34,693 nt of DNA from Malacoraja senta. Taxonomy: Eukaryota. This document shows positions 20,428 through 30,536 of the stretch, in pieces. The notes beneath the pieces were generated by a model. The model made no database searches, had not been told where the DNA came from, and saw only the letters and a list, made by a program, of their open reading frames with translations. The translations under genes were made by a program, and so were the position numbers. The stretch's first letter is position 1. Every line of letters begins with the position of its first letter. Where the stretch lies: the NCBI GenBank assembly GCA_038087875.1, contig JAXLNO010000525.1, positions 1-34,693 of the forward strand, given 5' to 3'.

Positions 20428-20590
20428 TGTGTAGGTTTGTAGATAAATTGGCCTCTGTAAATTGCCCCAAGTGTGTAGGGAGTGGATGACAAAGTGTAAT
20501 AACATGGAATGAGTGTGAATAGGTGATTGATGGTTGGCGTGGACTGAATGGACCAAAGAGCGTTTGTCCATGCTGTATCTCTAAACCAAA
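20428..20590 (+). mobile_element. HE1-like SINE 3' half (diverged variant)
   Basis: GGTTTGTAG..AATTGGCCTCTGTAAATTGCCCC..TGCTGTATCTCTAAAC. Confidence 0.7.
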
Positions 20591-20743
20591 CCGGACTGCA
20601 AATTATGCATTAAGATTACAAAGTCTCATTTTTTTGAACAGTTATTCCATTAAAGTTAAAAATGAATGTTTCAGTTTATAGAGTTGGAAAGCCAGATCTG
20701 GGTAAGCCATTTAATTGAATTTGATAATGTGACTAAAGCTTCT

Positions 20744-21780
20744 TAGAACCTAGAACAGAACTTATAACAGAACAACACAAGAACAGACCCTTCAGCCCAC
20801 AATGTGTGTGCCGAACATGATGCCAAAACGATCACTTTAAAGGCCTGTCTCACGAGTCTGCGGTCTATGGCGGCGAACCGGGAAGAATCTGCCGCCATAG
20901 ACCGCGCACTCGTGAGAAAGTACAATTCCCGGACCGTGCGTCGGTGTTCCCAACACCGCGCGGTGCTAAAATAAATTCGACAATGTCCAAAACTAAATAC
21001 TCACCGCACAACCTCCACCAGTGAAGCACGAGTGCGCACAGCCGCTCGCACGGGCCGCCGCCAGCATGGCTCGAGCACCGTGCGTCAAGCCTCCACTGCC
21101 ACAGCCTCCGCCAGTGAGGCACGTGCCGCCGCCAGTGACGCAGGTGTGCTGCACGGCCGCAGGCACAGCCACCGCTGCAGCGCCGCGATCTGGACGGCAG
21201 CCGCCACAGCCGCCGCTGGTGAGTCACGTGCGGCGGGCCGACGTCATCGCAGTCGGCCCGCCCTTTTTTTACTAACTGCAAGCACGTGGGACCCGCCGTG
21301 TTTGAATTAACTCGGCCCCCGCGCACCATCCGTGCGGCGCTCCAGTGGATAAGCTCGACGAACTCGCCGTTGCCGCACGGTCCTCGCTACCGGCGACGCC
21401 GCGCTTCACCGCCGATGACCGCAAACAGGTAAGACCTGCACACAATCCATATCCCTCCATTCCCTGCATATCCATGCGCCTATCCTAAAGTCACTTAACT
21501 ACCACGATTGTATCTGCTTCAACCCCCCCCCCCCCCACTCCCTCCCCTTGTGGCATCACGTTCTAGGCCCTCACCACCATCTATGTAAAACACGTATCCT
21601 GCACATCTCTTTAAAACTTTGCTCCCTTTCACCTTAGAGCTTTAGAGCTATGCCCTCTATTATTCAATGTTTCCATCCTTGGATAAAGATTCTGATGGTT
21701 GATCCTGTCTATGCCTTTCATAATTTTACATACTTGTATCAGATCTCCCCATAACCTTCGGCATTCCAGAGAAAACAAAC
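20744..21780 (-). mobile_element. CR1 3' fragment split by a GC-rich insertion (halves 20744-20837 and 21433-21780)
   Basis: TAGAAC tail and CCCTTCAGCCCACAATG..CCGAACATGATGCCA; resumes at CCTGCACACAATCCATATCCCTCCATTCCCTGCATATCCATG. Confidence 0.75.
20841..21429. mobile_element. CpG-rich, internally palindromic non-autonomous DNA transposon, PIF/Harbinger-like MITE
   Basis: Interrupts a CR1; TAA on both sides (20838-20840, 21430-21432); left end AGGCCTGTCTCAC resembles Harbinger TIRs, right TIR only partial (ACAGG); several internal hairpins. Confidence 0.55.
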
Positions 21781-22431
21781 CAAATCCAAATCCACTCCAG
21801 AGTAATCAGAATAAATGTGGATCAATGATCAGTGCAAACAACACAAGGTGAATCAGTGCTGCCTCACCCATTGAGTCACTCCAGTTTTTTGTGTGTCTGT
21901 CTTTGTTTTATATCAATTTAGTATATTGCCTTATCAAGAATAAACAACTCAACTTTGAACAGAAAAAAAACTTGCAAAAATAACTGCCAATTGTTGCTGT
22001 GATTTATAATTTGTAAATGTCTGAGAGCGATCACAACTATCTTGAAATCAGTGCATACCTACTTGATGCTGCTGAGATATAATAGCCCTTTGTTCCAGAA
22101 ATAATGGACATGGGGAGAGACACTGGCTCAAGCATATGTTTAATATAGGGATGAGAAGGTAGATGTGAACGTAACAACGGCCTGACCTACAGTGCATCTA
22201 TCAACCAATCTTACGTACAAACATATCGTGCAAGTCTCATTGTCTGCAGCAGTTGGTCATACTGGTAATTAATGACCCAGAAATAGAAAATTATTTTTAT
22301 GTTTTGTTGCTTTGAAATAGTAAACAAACCTTGAATAGAAGCAGCAATTGCATTACTGAGATTTGCAATTATAAGCATAAGCTACTGGGACTGAAAGATG
22401 GTGATCTTAATTAGACTTAAAAAAAAGCCAT

Positions 22432-22669
22432 GGAAATGCAACAAACTGCAGATGCTGGAATCATGAGCAAAAAATAAAGTGCTGGAGGAACGGAGTGGGT
22501 CAGGCAGCATCTGTGCAGGGGAAATGGACAGATAACATTTTTGGTAAGAACCCTTCGTTAGTCTGTCCAATCAGTCTGAAGAAGATTCTCGACCCGAAGC
22601 ATCTCCCATTCCTTCTCTCCAGAGATGTTGCCTGTCCCGCTGAGTTACACCAGCATTTTGTGTCTACTT
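22432..22669. mobile_element. Inverted pair of Penelope-like pseudo-LTR remnants
   Basis: Left arm AAAGTGCTGGAGGAACGGAGTGGGTCAGGCAGCATC; right arm CTGAAGAAGATTCTCGACCCGAAGC..GATGTTGCCTGTCCCGCTGAGTTACACCAGCATTTT. Confidence 0.75.
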
Positions 22670-22670
22670 T

Positions 22671-22898
22671 GAACATAGAACATAGACAGGTACAGCACAT
22701 GAAAAGGCCCCTATGGCCCACATTATCTGTGCCAAACATGAAGCCAATCTGAAGTAATCTCACCTACCTGCACATGATCCATGCGGCACCAATTCCATGC
22801 ACATTCATGTGCCTATCTAAGAGCCTTGTAAACACCGCTATCATATCTGCCTCCACCACCATCCCTGGCAGCACGTTCCAGGCACCCAGCACTCTATG
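22671..22898 (-). mobile_element. CR1 3' end fragment
   Basis: GAACATAGAACATAGA tail; minus strand encodes GAWNVLPGMVVEADMIAVFTRLLDRHM. Confidence 0.8.
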
Positions 22899-23480
22899 AA
22901 CTTGAGAATACCAGAGCTCTCCTAGTACATAAACTCTTGGTTTAAACATCTTACAAACTACTCATCTTTCTTATAATTTTCAGAATTTCCTATAATCGGG
23001 TATAAATATACCAGATATAAATCATATTTTAGTTATCGTGCAAACTCAGTGTGTTATATAATGCATGCACACAAATGCAAATGAATATGACATCATACAT
23101 GGTTGGCAGTAAAGGCGCAAAGTGGAATCCAGATGGAGATAACGCTGGCCAAATTTCTTCTACCCCAAGCTATTTATTTTCATGAAACCTTGCCAAGCAT
23201 GAAGATGTTACTTTGGAACAGCCACATTATTTCCAACAGCCAAATGTGATGCACAGAGAGTGGTAACATCAGAAAGAATTTAAAAAACCTCAAGAGTTTT
23301 CAAAAACATTATCTTGCTGAAATGGAATTAATAACCTACAAAGATATGGAAAACTGTCCAAATACTCTACCCAAAGTTTGAAAACATTAATTCAACTTGA
23401 TGTTGAATTAACGATAATTCTGTCCAACAAGCCCACCGAGCTTGGGCAGCAGGATTGCAAAGAACCCGCAATTGGAAAGG

Positions 23481-23775
23481 ACACAGCGATAGAGTTGCTG
23501 CCTCACAGTGCCAGGGACCCGGGTTTGATCCTGACCTCAGGTGCTGTCTGTACGGAGTTCGTACATTCTCCCCCTGAGGGCGTGAGGTTTCTATGGGCGT
23601 TCTTGTTTCCTCCCACACTCCAAAGACTTACAGGTTTGTAGGTTAATTGGCTTTGGTAAGAATTGTAAATTGTGTATAAGGTAGTGCTAGTGTACGGGGA
23701 TTGCTGGTTAACACGGACTCGGTGGGCTGAAGGGCCTGTTTCCGTGCTGTATCTCTAAACTAAACTAAACTAAAC
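23481..23775 (+). mobile_element. HE1-like SINE
   Basis: GAGTTGCTGCCTCACAGTGCCAGGGACCCGGGTTTGATCC.. ending in (CTAAA)4. Confidence 0.9.
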
Positions 23776-24145
23776 CATTAATTGGTTACCACCACCTCTC
23801 CTGGAATCCGTGCCTCAAAATGAATTAGCGATCTGATTGCAATTAAAGGTGCTGCAGATTAATTCTTTGTAAACAGAGTACCTAGAATATGCTTGAAAGT
23901 TTAAGACAAACATGTCCTGCGTCGGCATTGATTCCTCACTTGCATTCTCTGAAAGCAATCAAAACCCATCACATCCATAAACATTTGACCAGTTCCAGTG
24001 CACGCAACTAACAGATTGCAGGTGGAAGTAAAAAAAAGAAAGCTATCAACGCTGTGCATTGGACTATTTCATGAAAGCAGCTTCATGATAACAAACCGGC
24101 CATGAAGGTTTCAATTTAATATTGCCTGGATGAAAACACAAAGGA

Positions 24146-24683
24146 AGTATTGGGCCCCATATCTGAGGAATGTTGGCGTTGGAGAGCGTCCAGAGGAGGT
24201 TTATGAGAATGATCCCAGCGATAATTGGGTTAGAGTATGATGAGCATTTGATGGCACTGGGCCTGTCTCGCTGGAGTTCAGAAGGATGAGGGGACACCAC
24301 ATTTAAACTTACCGAAAAGTGAAAGGCATGGATAGAGTGGATGTGGAGAAGATGATTCCACTAGTGGGAGGGTCTAGGACAGAAGGCATAGCCTCAGAAT
24401 TAAAGAACATATATTTAGGAAGGTGATGAGGAGTTTCTTAAGTCAGAGGGCGGTGAATCTGTGGAATTCATTGCCACACACAGCTGTGGAGGCAAAGTCA
24501 GTGGATATTTTTAAGGTGGCGATTGATAGGTTCTTGATTAGTATGGGTGTCAAGGGTTATGGGGTGAAGGCAGGAGATTGGGGTTGAGAGGGAAAGGTAG
24601 ATCAGGCATGATTGAATAGTGGAGTAAACTCGATGATCCGAATGGCCTAATTCTGCTCCTATGACTTATGAACTAATGAACCT
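24146..24683 (+). mobile_element. CR1 3' fragment
   Basis: LESVQRRFMRMIP..LGLSRWS; VNLWNSLP..AVEAKSVDIFK; 3' UTR GAATGGCCTAATTCTGCTCCTATG. Confidence 0.85.
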
Positions 24684-24823
24684 ACTGCACGCAAAGAAAT
24701 AAAAGTTAGAAACGTTGACCACTTTCTTTGGCTACAACTCCCAGATCAGGCAGTAATCCTTGACAATGACAGAAAGCTGGATGATTGAAAACCCATTGAT
24801 CCTACATGATGATTCACCCTCAT

Positions 24824-25180
24824 TTTAGTTTTAGTTTTAGTTTTTTAGTTTATTAGTTTTAGTTTTAGAGATACAACATGAAAACAGGCCCTTCGGCCCA
24901 CCAAGTCCACGTCAACCATAGATCACATGTTCACACTAGTACTATGTTATCTCACTTTTACATCTTCTCCCTGCACACTATGGGTAATTTAGAGAGGCCA
25001 ATTAACTTGCAAATTCACATGTTTTTGGGATGTGGGAGGAAACCGGGCACCTGGAGAAAATCCACACGGTCACATAGAGAACGTGCCAACTCCACACAGA
25101 CAGCACCCGAGGTCAGGATCAAACCTGGCTCTCCTGCACTGTGGGGCGGCAGTTTTGTCAGCTGTACCTCTTTGCCGCCC
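24824..25180 (-). mobile_element. HE1-like SINE (diverged)
   Basis: (TTTTAG)n tail, AAACAGGCCCTTCGGCCC, CAGGATCAAACC. Confidence 0.85.
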
Positions 25181-25183
25181 ATT

Positions 25184-25668
25184 TGTTCATAAGATCTAGG
25201 AGCAGAATTAGGCCATTCGACCCATTGAGTCTACTCCACCATTCAATCATGGCTGATCTATCTTTCCGTTTGAACCCCATTCTCCTGCCTTCTCCCCATA
25301 ACCCCCAGCACCCATACTAATCAAGAATCTGACAATCTTCGCCTTTAAACTATCCATTGACGGTCAAGATTATAAATACGATCTCCTTACTTCTTTTTTC
25401 TTTTTCTTCTCTTCTTTTACTCTTTTTCTTCTATTTTCTATTTCTTAACTTTCTTTTTTCACTCTCTATTTTTCTTTTTCACACACTATATATCTCACAT
25501 TTTTCTATTCTTCATTACCTAATTTCTTTTTCTTTTTCCTCTTTATTACAAAATTTAAAAAATAAGAAGCTGTACATAAAACGTATTATGAAAATATGAT
25601 TGTATACAATTGTACTTCTAAAAATTTTTTTTTTTTAACTAAAAAAAAAAAAAATATCCATTGACTTG
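25184..25668 (-). mobile_element. CR1 3' end interrupted by an L1 3' UTR
   Basis: GTTCATAAG..GGAGCAGAATTAGGCCATTC..CCTTTAAACTATCCATTGAC; resumes after the insert as TATCCATTGACTTGG. Confidence 0.8.
25362..25650 (+). mobile_element. Severely 5'-truncated L1 (3' UTR and poly(A)) with 15-bp TSD
   Basis: TSD AAACTATCCATTGAC (25347-25361) / AAAATATCCATTGAC (25651-25665); T-rich UTR homologous to 17079-17420 (GCTGTACATAAAACGTATTA vs GTTGTACATAGAATGTATTA). Confidence 0.85.
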
Positions 25669-26063
25669 GGTGCTGGGGGTGCTGACTGCATGATGGAAAT
25701 TCAACAACCCAGAGCAAACGCATCCTAAAAAAGTTACCCAGTAGAGGATCCACGTCAGTTTGTTCCAGTGCCAAAAATTTATGATTTTTATACCTTTATC
25801 TTGTGCAAGCACTTGTGTACGTTGAAGATCCCTTTCCTGTAATATCATGTATTAATTGCAAGCAATTTCAGAATTTCTGTACCTCTGCAAAAAATTGAAT
25901 TATTTTCAACTGACGCCACACTGACATCCTTTAAAGAAGAATTTATCAAAAAAAAAGTGCCGTACGTGACACGTGAGGCGGCAGATATTTGCAGGGTAAC
26001 TCTGCATGTCCAGAGATCATGATCAGCAGAACTAGTCAATGGTTCAGTGGTTCTTTATTATCA

Positions 26064-26253
26064 CATCTGCCATGGCACAGTGAAACTGTTTTTTGGCATC
26101 CAGTTCAGTAACATTATTCCTTTCCATAAACACAATCCCAGATTAAGTACAGAGTGTATAGACGCTGTACTTAATCTGGGATTGTGTTTATGGAAAGAAA
26201 TAATTTCACTGAACTGGATGCCAAAAAAGAATTTCACTGTGCCATGGCAGATG
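26064..26253. repeat. 190-bp spacerless palindrome (95-bp arms, 7 mismatches) made of a Rex-type 3' tail
   Basis: Arms 26064-26158 and 26159-26253 are reverse complements at 88/95 positions, centred on TA|TA. Confidence 0.95.
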
Positions 26254-26309
26254 AGACCATATACAAGTATCGCCAAGTTTTGGCACCATCTTCAAAGTTC
26301 AAGCTGCAG

Positions 26310-26622
26310 CTGGTGGCACAATTGGGCAGCAGGTCTATGGTGCCTTACAGAACCATAGAGCCGGGTTCGATCCTGCCTACGGGTGCCATCTAAACTGTGT
26401 CATTATGTTCTCCCGGTGACCACGTGGGTTTTCTCTGGATGCTCCGGTTTCCTCCCACACTCCAACGATGTGCAAGTTTGTAGGTTAATTGGCTTTGGTA
26501 AATTGTCCCTAGTGTGAAGGATAGTGCTGGTGTACGGGGTGATCGCTGGTCAGCGTGGACTCGGTGGGCTGAATGGTCTGGTTCCGTGCTGTATCTCTAA
26601 AGTCTAAAATCTAAAGACTAAA
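26310..26622 (+). mobile_element. HE1-like SINE
   Basis: GGTGGCACAATTGG..GGGTTCGATCCTG..GTGCTGTATCTCTAAAGTCTAAA. Confidence 0.88.
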
Positions 26623-27264
26623 GCTGGCCATGAAATACCGTTGTCATGTCTGCAGGGCCTCCAGCCGTCGTCTCCGTCCAGATCGTCCAGCAAACCTACG
26701 TCAGTACGTGCCTCTCCTCTCCCGGCCACCTTCAGCCTTTGTGCCCCGGGGGCACCTCCTTCAGCCGACCTTGAGGGCACGGAAAGTAAGACCCCGGAAC
26801 CACTTACTGTCCCTTTGTCGTTGCGTCTGTTGTTGCCGACTCCCTCCACTCTCCGGTTCTCTGGTCCTCGGAGATGAGCAGGGACCCGGCTCAGTAGCTT
26901 CCCTCTTCAGGTTCGCAGCGGAGGAGTCAGGCCTGCTGCTGGGGGATAGTCGCAGCCCGAAGGTTGCTAATGGGCAGTTGGCAACCAATATCCAGAAGAA
27001 CCCTGGGACCCCTCAAGGAATTGGTCCCAAAGTCACAAGAGGTATAATGAGTACTCACGATATTTGGTCAGGATCACAAAACACTTACCGCTGCAACATC
27101 ACCCTCATGCCCCACATCTATTTTGCATTAAACTTTGCCAAGCATATCATACCGATATACGTTTAACATACTTGCTAAAACTCTTATCTTTGTCTTACAG
27201 GAGAAGGGAGTTCAAAACTGCCAACTACAAGACGCTGAGAACTCACTCGCTTGGAGGGGGATGT

Positions 27265-27365
27265 AGATTTAGTTTTAGTTTTAGCTTTAGAGATACAGCG
27301 TGGATACAGTCTCTTCAGCCCACCAAGTCTCCTCTGACCAGCGATCACCCGTACACTAGTTCTAC
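27265..27365 (-). mobile_element. HE1-like SINE 3' fragment
   Basis: (TTTAG)n AGATACAGCGTGG..GACCAGCGATCACCCGTACACTAG. Confidence 0.8.
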
Positions 27366-27539
27366 CATACACACAACTGTCAATAGGCAAAAGGCTCTGA
27401 GCAATGTACAATGGTCTACCCTTCACTCTCTCAGTGTTCTGAAAAAATATATTAGACAACTGAAGATATCAATTCATCAAATAGATTGTTTCCCCATTAT
27501 ACATAACACGCAAACATGCATACATACAGATGTACACTT

Positions 27540-27945
27540 CAAGCTGCCTCGGGAAACCCGCAACGTTGTCAAGGACCTTTATCACCAGGTCTTCCCCTCT
27601 TCTCCCATCTTCCATCAGGCAGAAGAAACAAAAGCTTGAAAGTACATACCACCAGATTCAGGAAAAGCTTCCCTGCTGTTACCAGACTACTGAACAGTCT
27701 TCAGTAAAGCTAGGATGTTGTCCTGATCTTCCAACCTACCTTATTGCGACCTTGGACTTCTATCTGTGTAAATGCAATGCTATAATGCTGTAATACTATA
27801 TTTTGCACTCTGGTATTTTTCTCTTTGTACTGCCTGATGTACTTATGTATGGCTTGATTGTATTCATGTATAGTGTGATATGATTTGATTGCATGCAAAC
27901 AAAAGTGTTTCACTGCATCTTGGTGCACCAGTCAATAATAAATCA
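27540..27945 (+). mobile_element. Rex1/Babar LINE 3' fragment
   Basis: Encodes NVVKD..LFSHLPSGRRNKSLKVHTTRFRKS..VTRLLN (Rex1 RT C-terminus); 3' UTR ends TTTCACTG..AATAAA. Confidence 0.8.
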
Positions 27946-28084
27946 AATACCCTATACCCTGTTATATGGTTATGGTACTTTTTATTTGACTTACAGAATT
28001 ATTTGTTGTATGTTTATGTAGAAGATTGTGCGTCAGGATTCACCCCATCCATCTGTACGACTGGTATTTTAGAGCTTCTGCATG

Positions 28085-28388
28085 TAGTTTAGTTTAGTTT
28101 AGATATACAGCAAGGAAACAGGCCCTTCGGCCCTTTGTCAACCAGCGATCCCATACACTAACACTATCCTACACACACTAGGGACAAATTACAATTTTAC
28201 CAAGCCAATTAACCTACAAACCTGTACATCGTTTGGACTGTGGGAGGAAACCGACGCTCCCGGAGAAAACTCACGTGGTCACTGGGAGTACGTACAAACG
28301 CTGTACAGACAGCACCCGTATTCAGGATCGAACCCGGGTCTCTGGCATTGTAAGGCAGCAACTCTGCCGCTGTGCCACCATGCCACCC
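28085..28388 (-). mobile_element. HE1-like SINE
   Basis: (TTTAG)n tail through CAGGATCGAACCCGGGTCTCTGGC..GCCACCATGCCACCC. Confidence 0.9.
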
Positions 28389-29029
28389 TTCCCATGTATT
28401 TGTATTTCCAGGTACAGTATATTGTGGATAAGCTGTGTGAGCTGCAGATCTGAGAACGGACAGGGATTGGACTTTGGGACAGAACAATTGTGCGGTGTTG
28501 AAGGTAACTGCAGCAGTGGCTGGATATCTGTGTTGAGTGAAAGAGCATCCAAGACTGAATGACATCTGTGAGCAGTCAAGAGATTGACAAGACACCTTAA
28601 TTTAATGACAGAATCGTGGCAGTCTTGCCTTGCTGAACTTTTAACAGCTGTTTCCAGGTACATTGGGAATACGCTGTCAAATCTGCAGTACAAGTACTAG
28701 GGCCTGTATGTCGAGGTGAAAGATATTCACCGCACTTGGTGAGTCAGACTAGAGTGAATCAGAGAACATTGTTCACATTAATCCCAATTTACATGGACAA
28801 ACCTTACCTTTAATCACACCCACAGATACACCCAGTCATTAGTACCATTAAAGTCTCCCATTTGACTTGTTGTAGAGGGATCCAAGCTTATTGCAGGCAA
28901 ATGCGATTAGTATGGATACACATTAAGATCGGCAAGGAAGAGGTGTCTCTGCGCTGTACCATTCTAGGAATCCATACCTCATTTCAGTTTCTCCGCACAC
29001 TAAAAACCTGTTCCACCTCCCCCAATGGG

Positions 29030-29625
29030 CTCAGTGTTTACATTGAGTATAGAAGTTGGGAGGTCATGTTGCAGTTACATAAGTCGTTGGTGAGGCCATA
29101 TTTAGAGTACTGTGTTCCATTTTGAGCACCATGTTATAGGAAAGATGTTGTCAAGCTGGAAAGGTGAAGAGAATATTCAATGAGGGTGTTGCCAAGACTT
29201 GAGGGCCTGAGTGATAGGGAGGTTGATCAGGCTAGAGCTTTATTCCTTGGAGCACATTGAGATGAGGGGTGATCTTATAGAGGTGTACAAAATCATGAGA
29301 AGATAAGATCTGGTAAACGCAGAGTGTCTTGCCCAGAGTAGGTGAATCAAGAACCAGACGACATAGGTTTAAGGTGAAGGGGGAAAGATTTAATAGGAAC
29401 CTGAGGGGTAACTTTTTTACACAAAGGGTGGTAGGTGCATGGAATGAGCTGCCAGAGGAGGTAGTTGAGGCAGGTACTATTGCAACATTTAAGAAACATT
29501 TAGACAGGAACATGGATAGGACAGGTTTAGGGGAATATCGGCCAAACACAGGCAGGTGGGCCAAGTGTAGATGGGATATGTTGGTCGGTGTGGGTAAGTT
29601 GTGCTGAAGGGTCTGTTTCCAATGA
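29030..29625 (+). mobile_element. CR1 3' fragment
   Basis: IEYRSWEVMLQLHKSLVRPYLEYC; FFTQRVVGAWNELPEEVVEAGTIATFKKHLD. Confidence 0.88.
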
Positions 29626-30001
29626 CTGACTTTATTTGCTGTCATTCACTCCAGCTGATGTGCAGCAAAGTCCATAAGTTCTTTTGCAATTGTTAATTAT
29701 TGGCCCCACTGCCTATCCCTGAAGAAGACTAGATGCAGATACAAGGATCTGCGGATGTAAATCCTGGCCAAAACAGAGCTAAAATAAAGCAAAGGATTTA
29801 TGCATCTACAAGGCCTGTTTGCCTTTTTCTGTGAGAAGCCTCAAGCTGCAAGCTGGTGCCAGGAAGTCTACATCCCAGATCAATACATCAGATAAGGTGA
29901 GGCCCAGATGTCCTCACAATCGATAATATGTATGAGGACTTTGCAGAGAAACTCTAAGGTGTTGTAGATGCATGGGTTTGATTGGATTACTGTAAAGGGA
30001 T

Positions 30002-30536
30002 TGTAAATAATGTTAATAATGTTGCAAGACAGTTTCCTTGTTGTTTGATGATTGGCCGAAGTGTGAAACCCTGGCTGAATTGTTTGTTCTGCCAGGGTAA
30101 ATGTTGCATTATTTTGTTACCTGACTTCCTTCCAGAAGCTTCTGGAGAAACATTGTATTGGGACTCTTTGTAATTAGGTTGGGGGACTGTCAATAATACT
30201 TTAATGTAATCGATATGTGTCATTGGCTTGCAAGGGGAGCCATCCCTATGTAATTTGGCCCCTCAGGGTTCGTTGACCTATAAAAGGTAGCCCCCATTTA
30301 GATCGGTGCCGATCTTCTGGAAGGGCACTTCGGACTGCGTGTCCTTTTGGTAGTGTCTGCTTGCACGAGGCTGAAGGGCTTGGCCAGGCAGAGACAAGGA
30401 TCGAACCCGCGGTGGTTTAGGTATCGTATAGGGGGATTTGTTGTTTGTTCAAAAATAAAGTTTAGTTGGTCCAGTGCTTGATTCAGTGTTTTACTGAACT
30501 AGACAAAGGGGGGTAAGCTTTAGGAGCATATTTACA
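30002..30536 (+). mobile_element. Solo LTR (~535 bp) of an ERV or LTR retrotransposon
   Basis: Termini TGTAAATA...TATTTACA (8-bp IR) with flanks GGGAT/CGGAT; TATAAAA at 30279-30285; AATAAA at 30454-30459. Alternative limits 29960-30505 (TG..CA with AAGG TSD) cannot be excluded. Confidence 0.7.
30129..30148. promoter_or_regulatory. Canonical heat-shock element in LTR U3
   Basis: cTTCcaGAAgcTTCtgGAGa matches nTTCnnGAAnnTTCn plus a near-perfect fourth unit, about 135 bp upstream of the TATA box. Confidence 0.5.

Noticed and set aside
21232..21270. Rho-independent terminator-like hairpin plus T run
   Set aside because: Eukaryotic repeat context with no bacterial gene; flanks are contiguous CR1, so contamination is unlikely.
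5253..28388. tRNA genes suggested by A/B boxes, and repeated short ORFs such as AAVELLPYSARDPGSILT
   Set aside because: These are tRNA-derived SINE heads continuing into SINE bodies; the ORFs are translated repeats.
28412..28503. Candidate exon (TTCCAG acceptor, AAG/GTAACT donor, one open frame)
   Set aside because: Peptide not recognisable, no partner exons; could be a decayed repeat.
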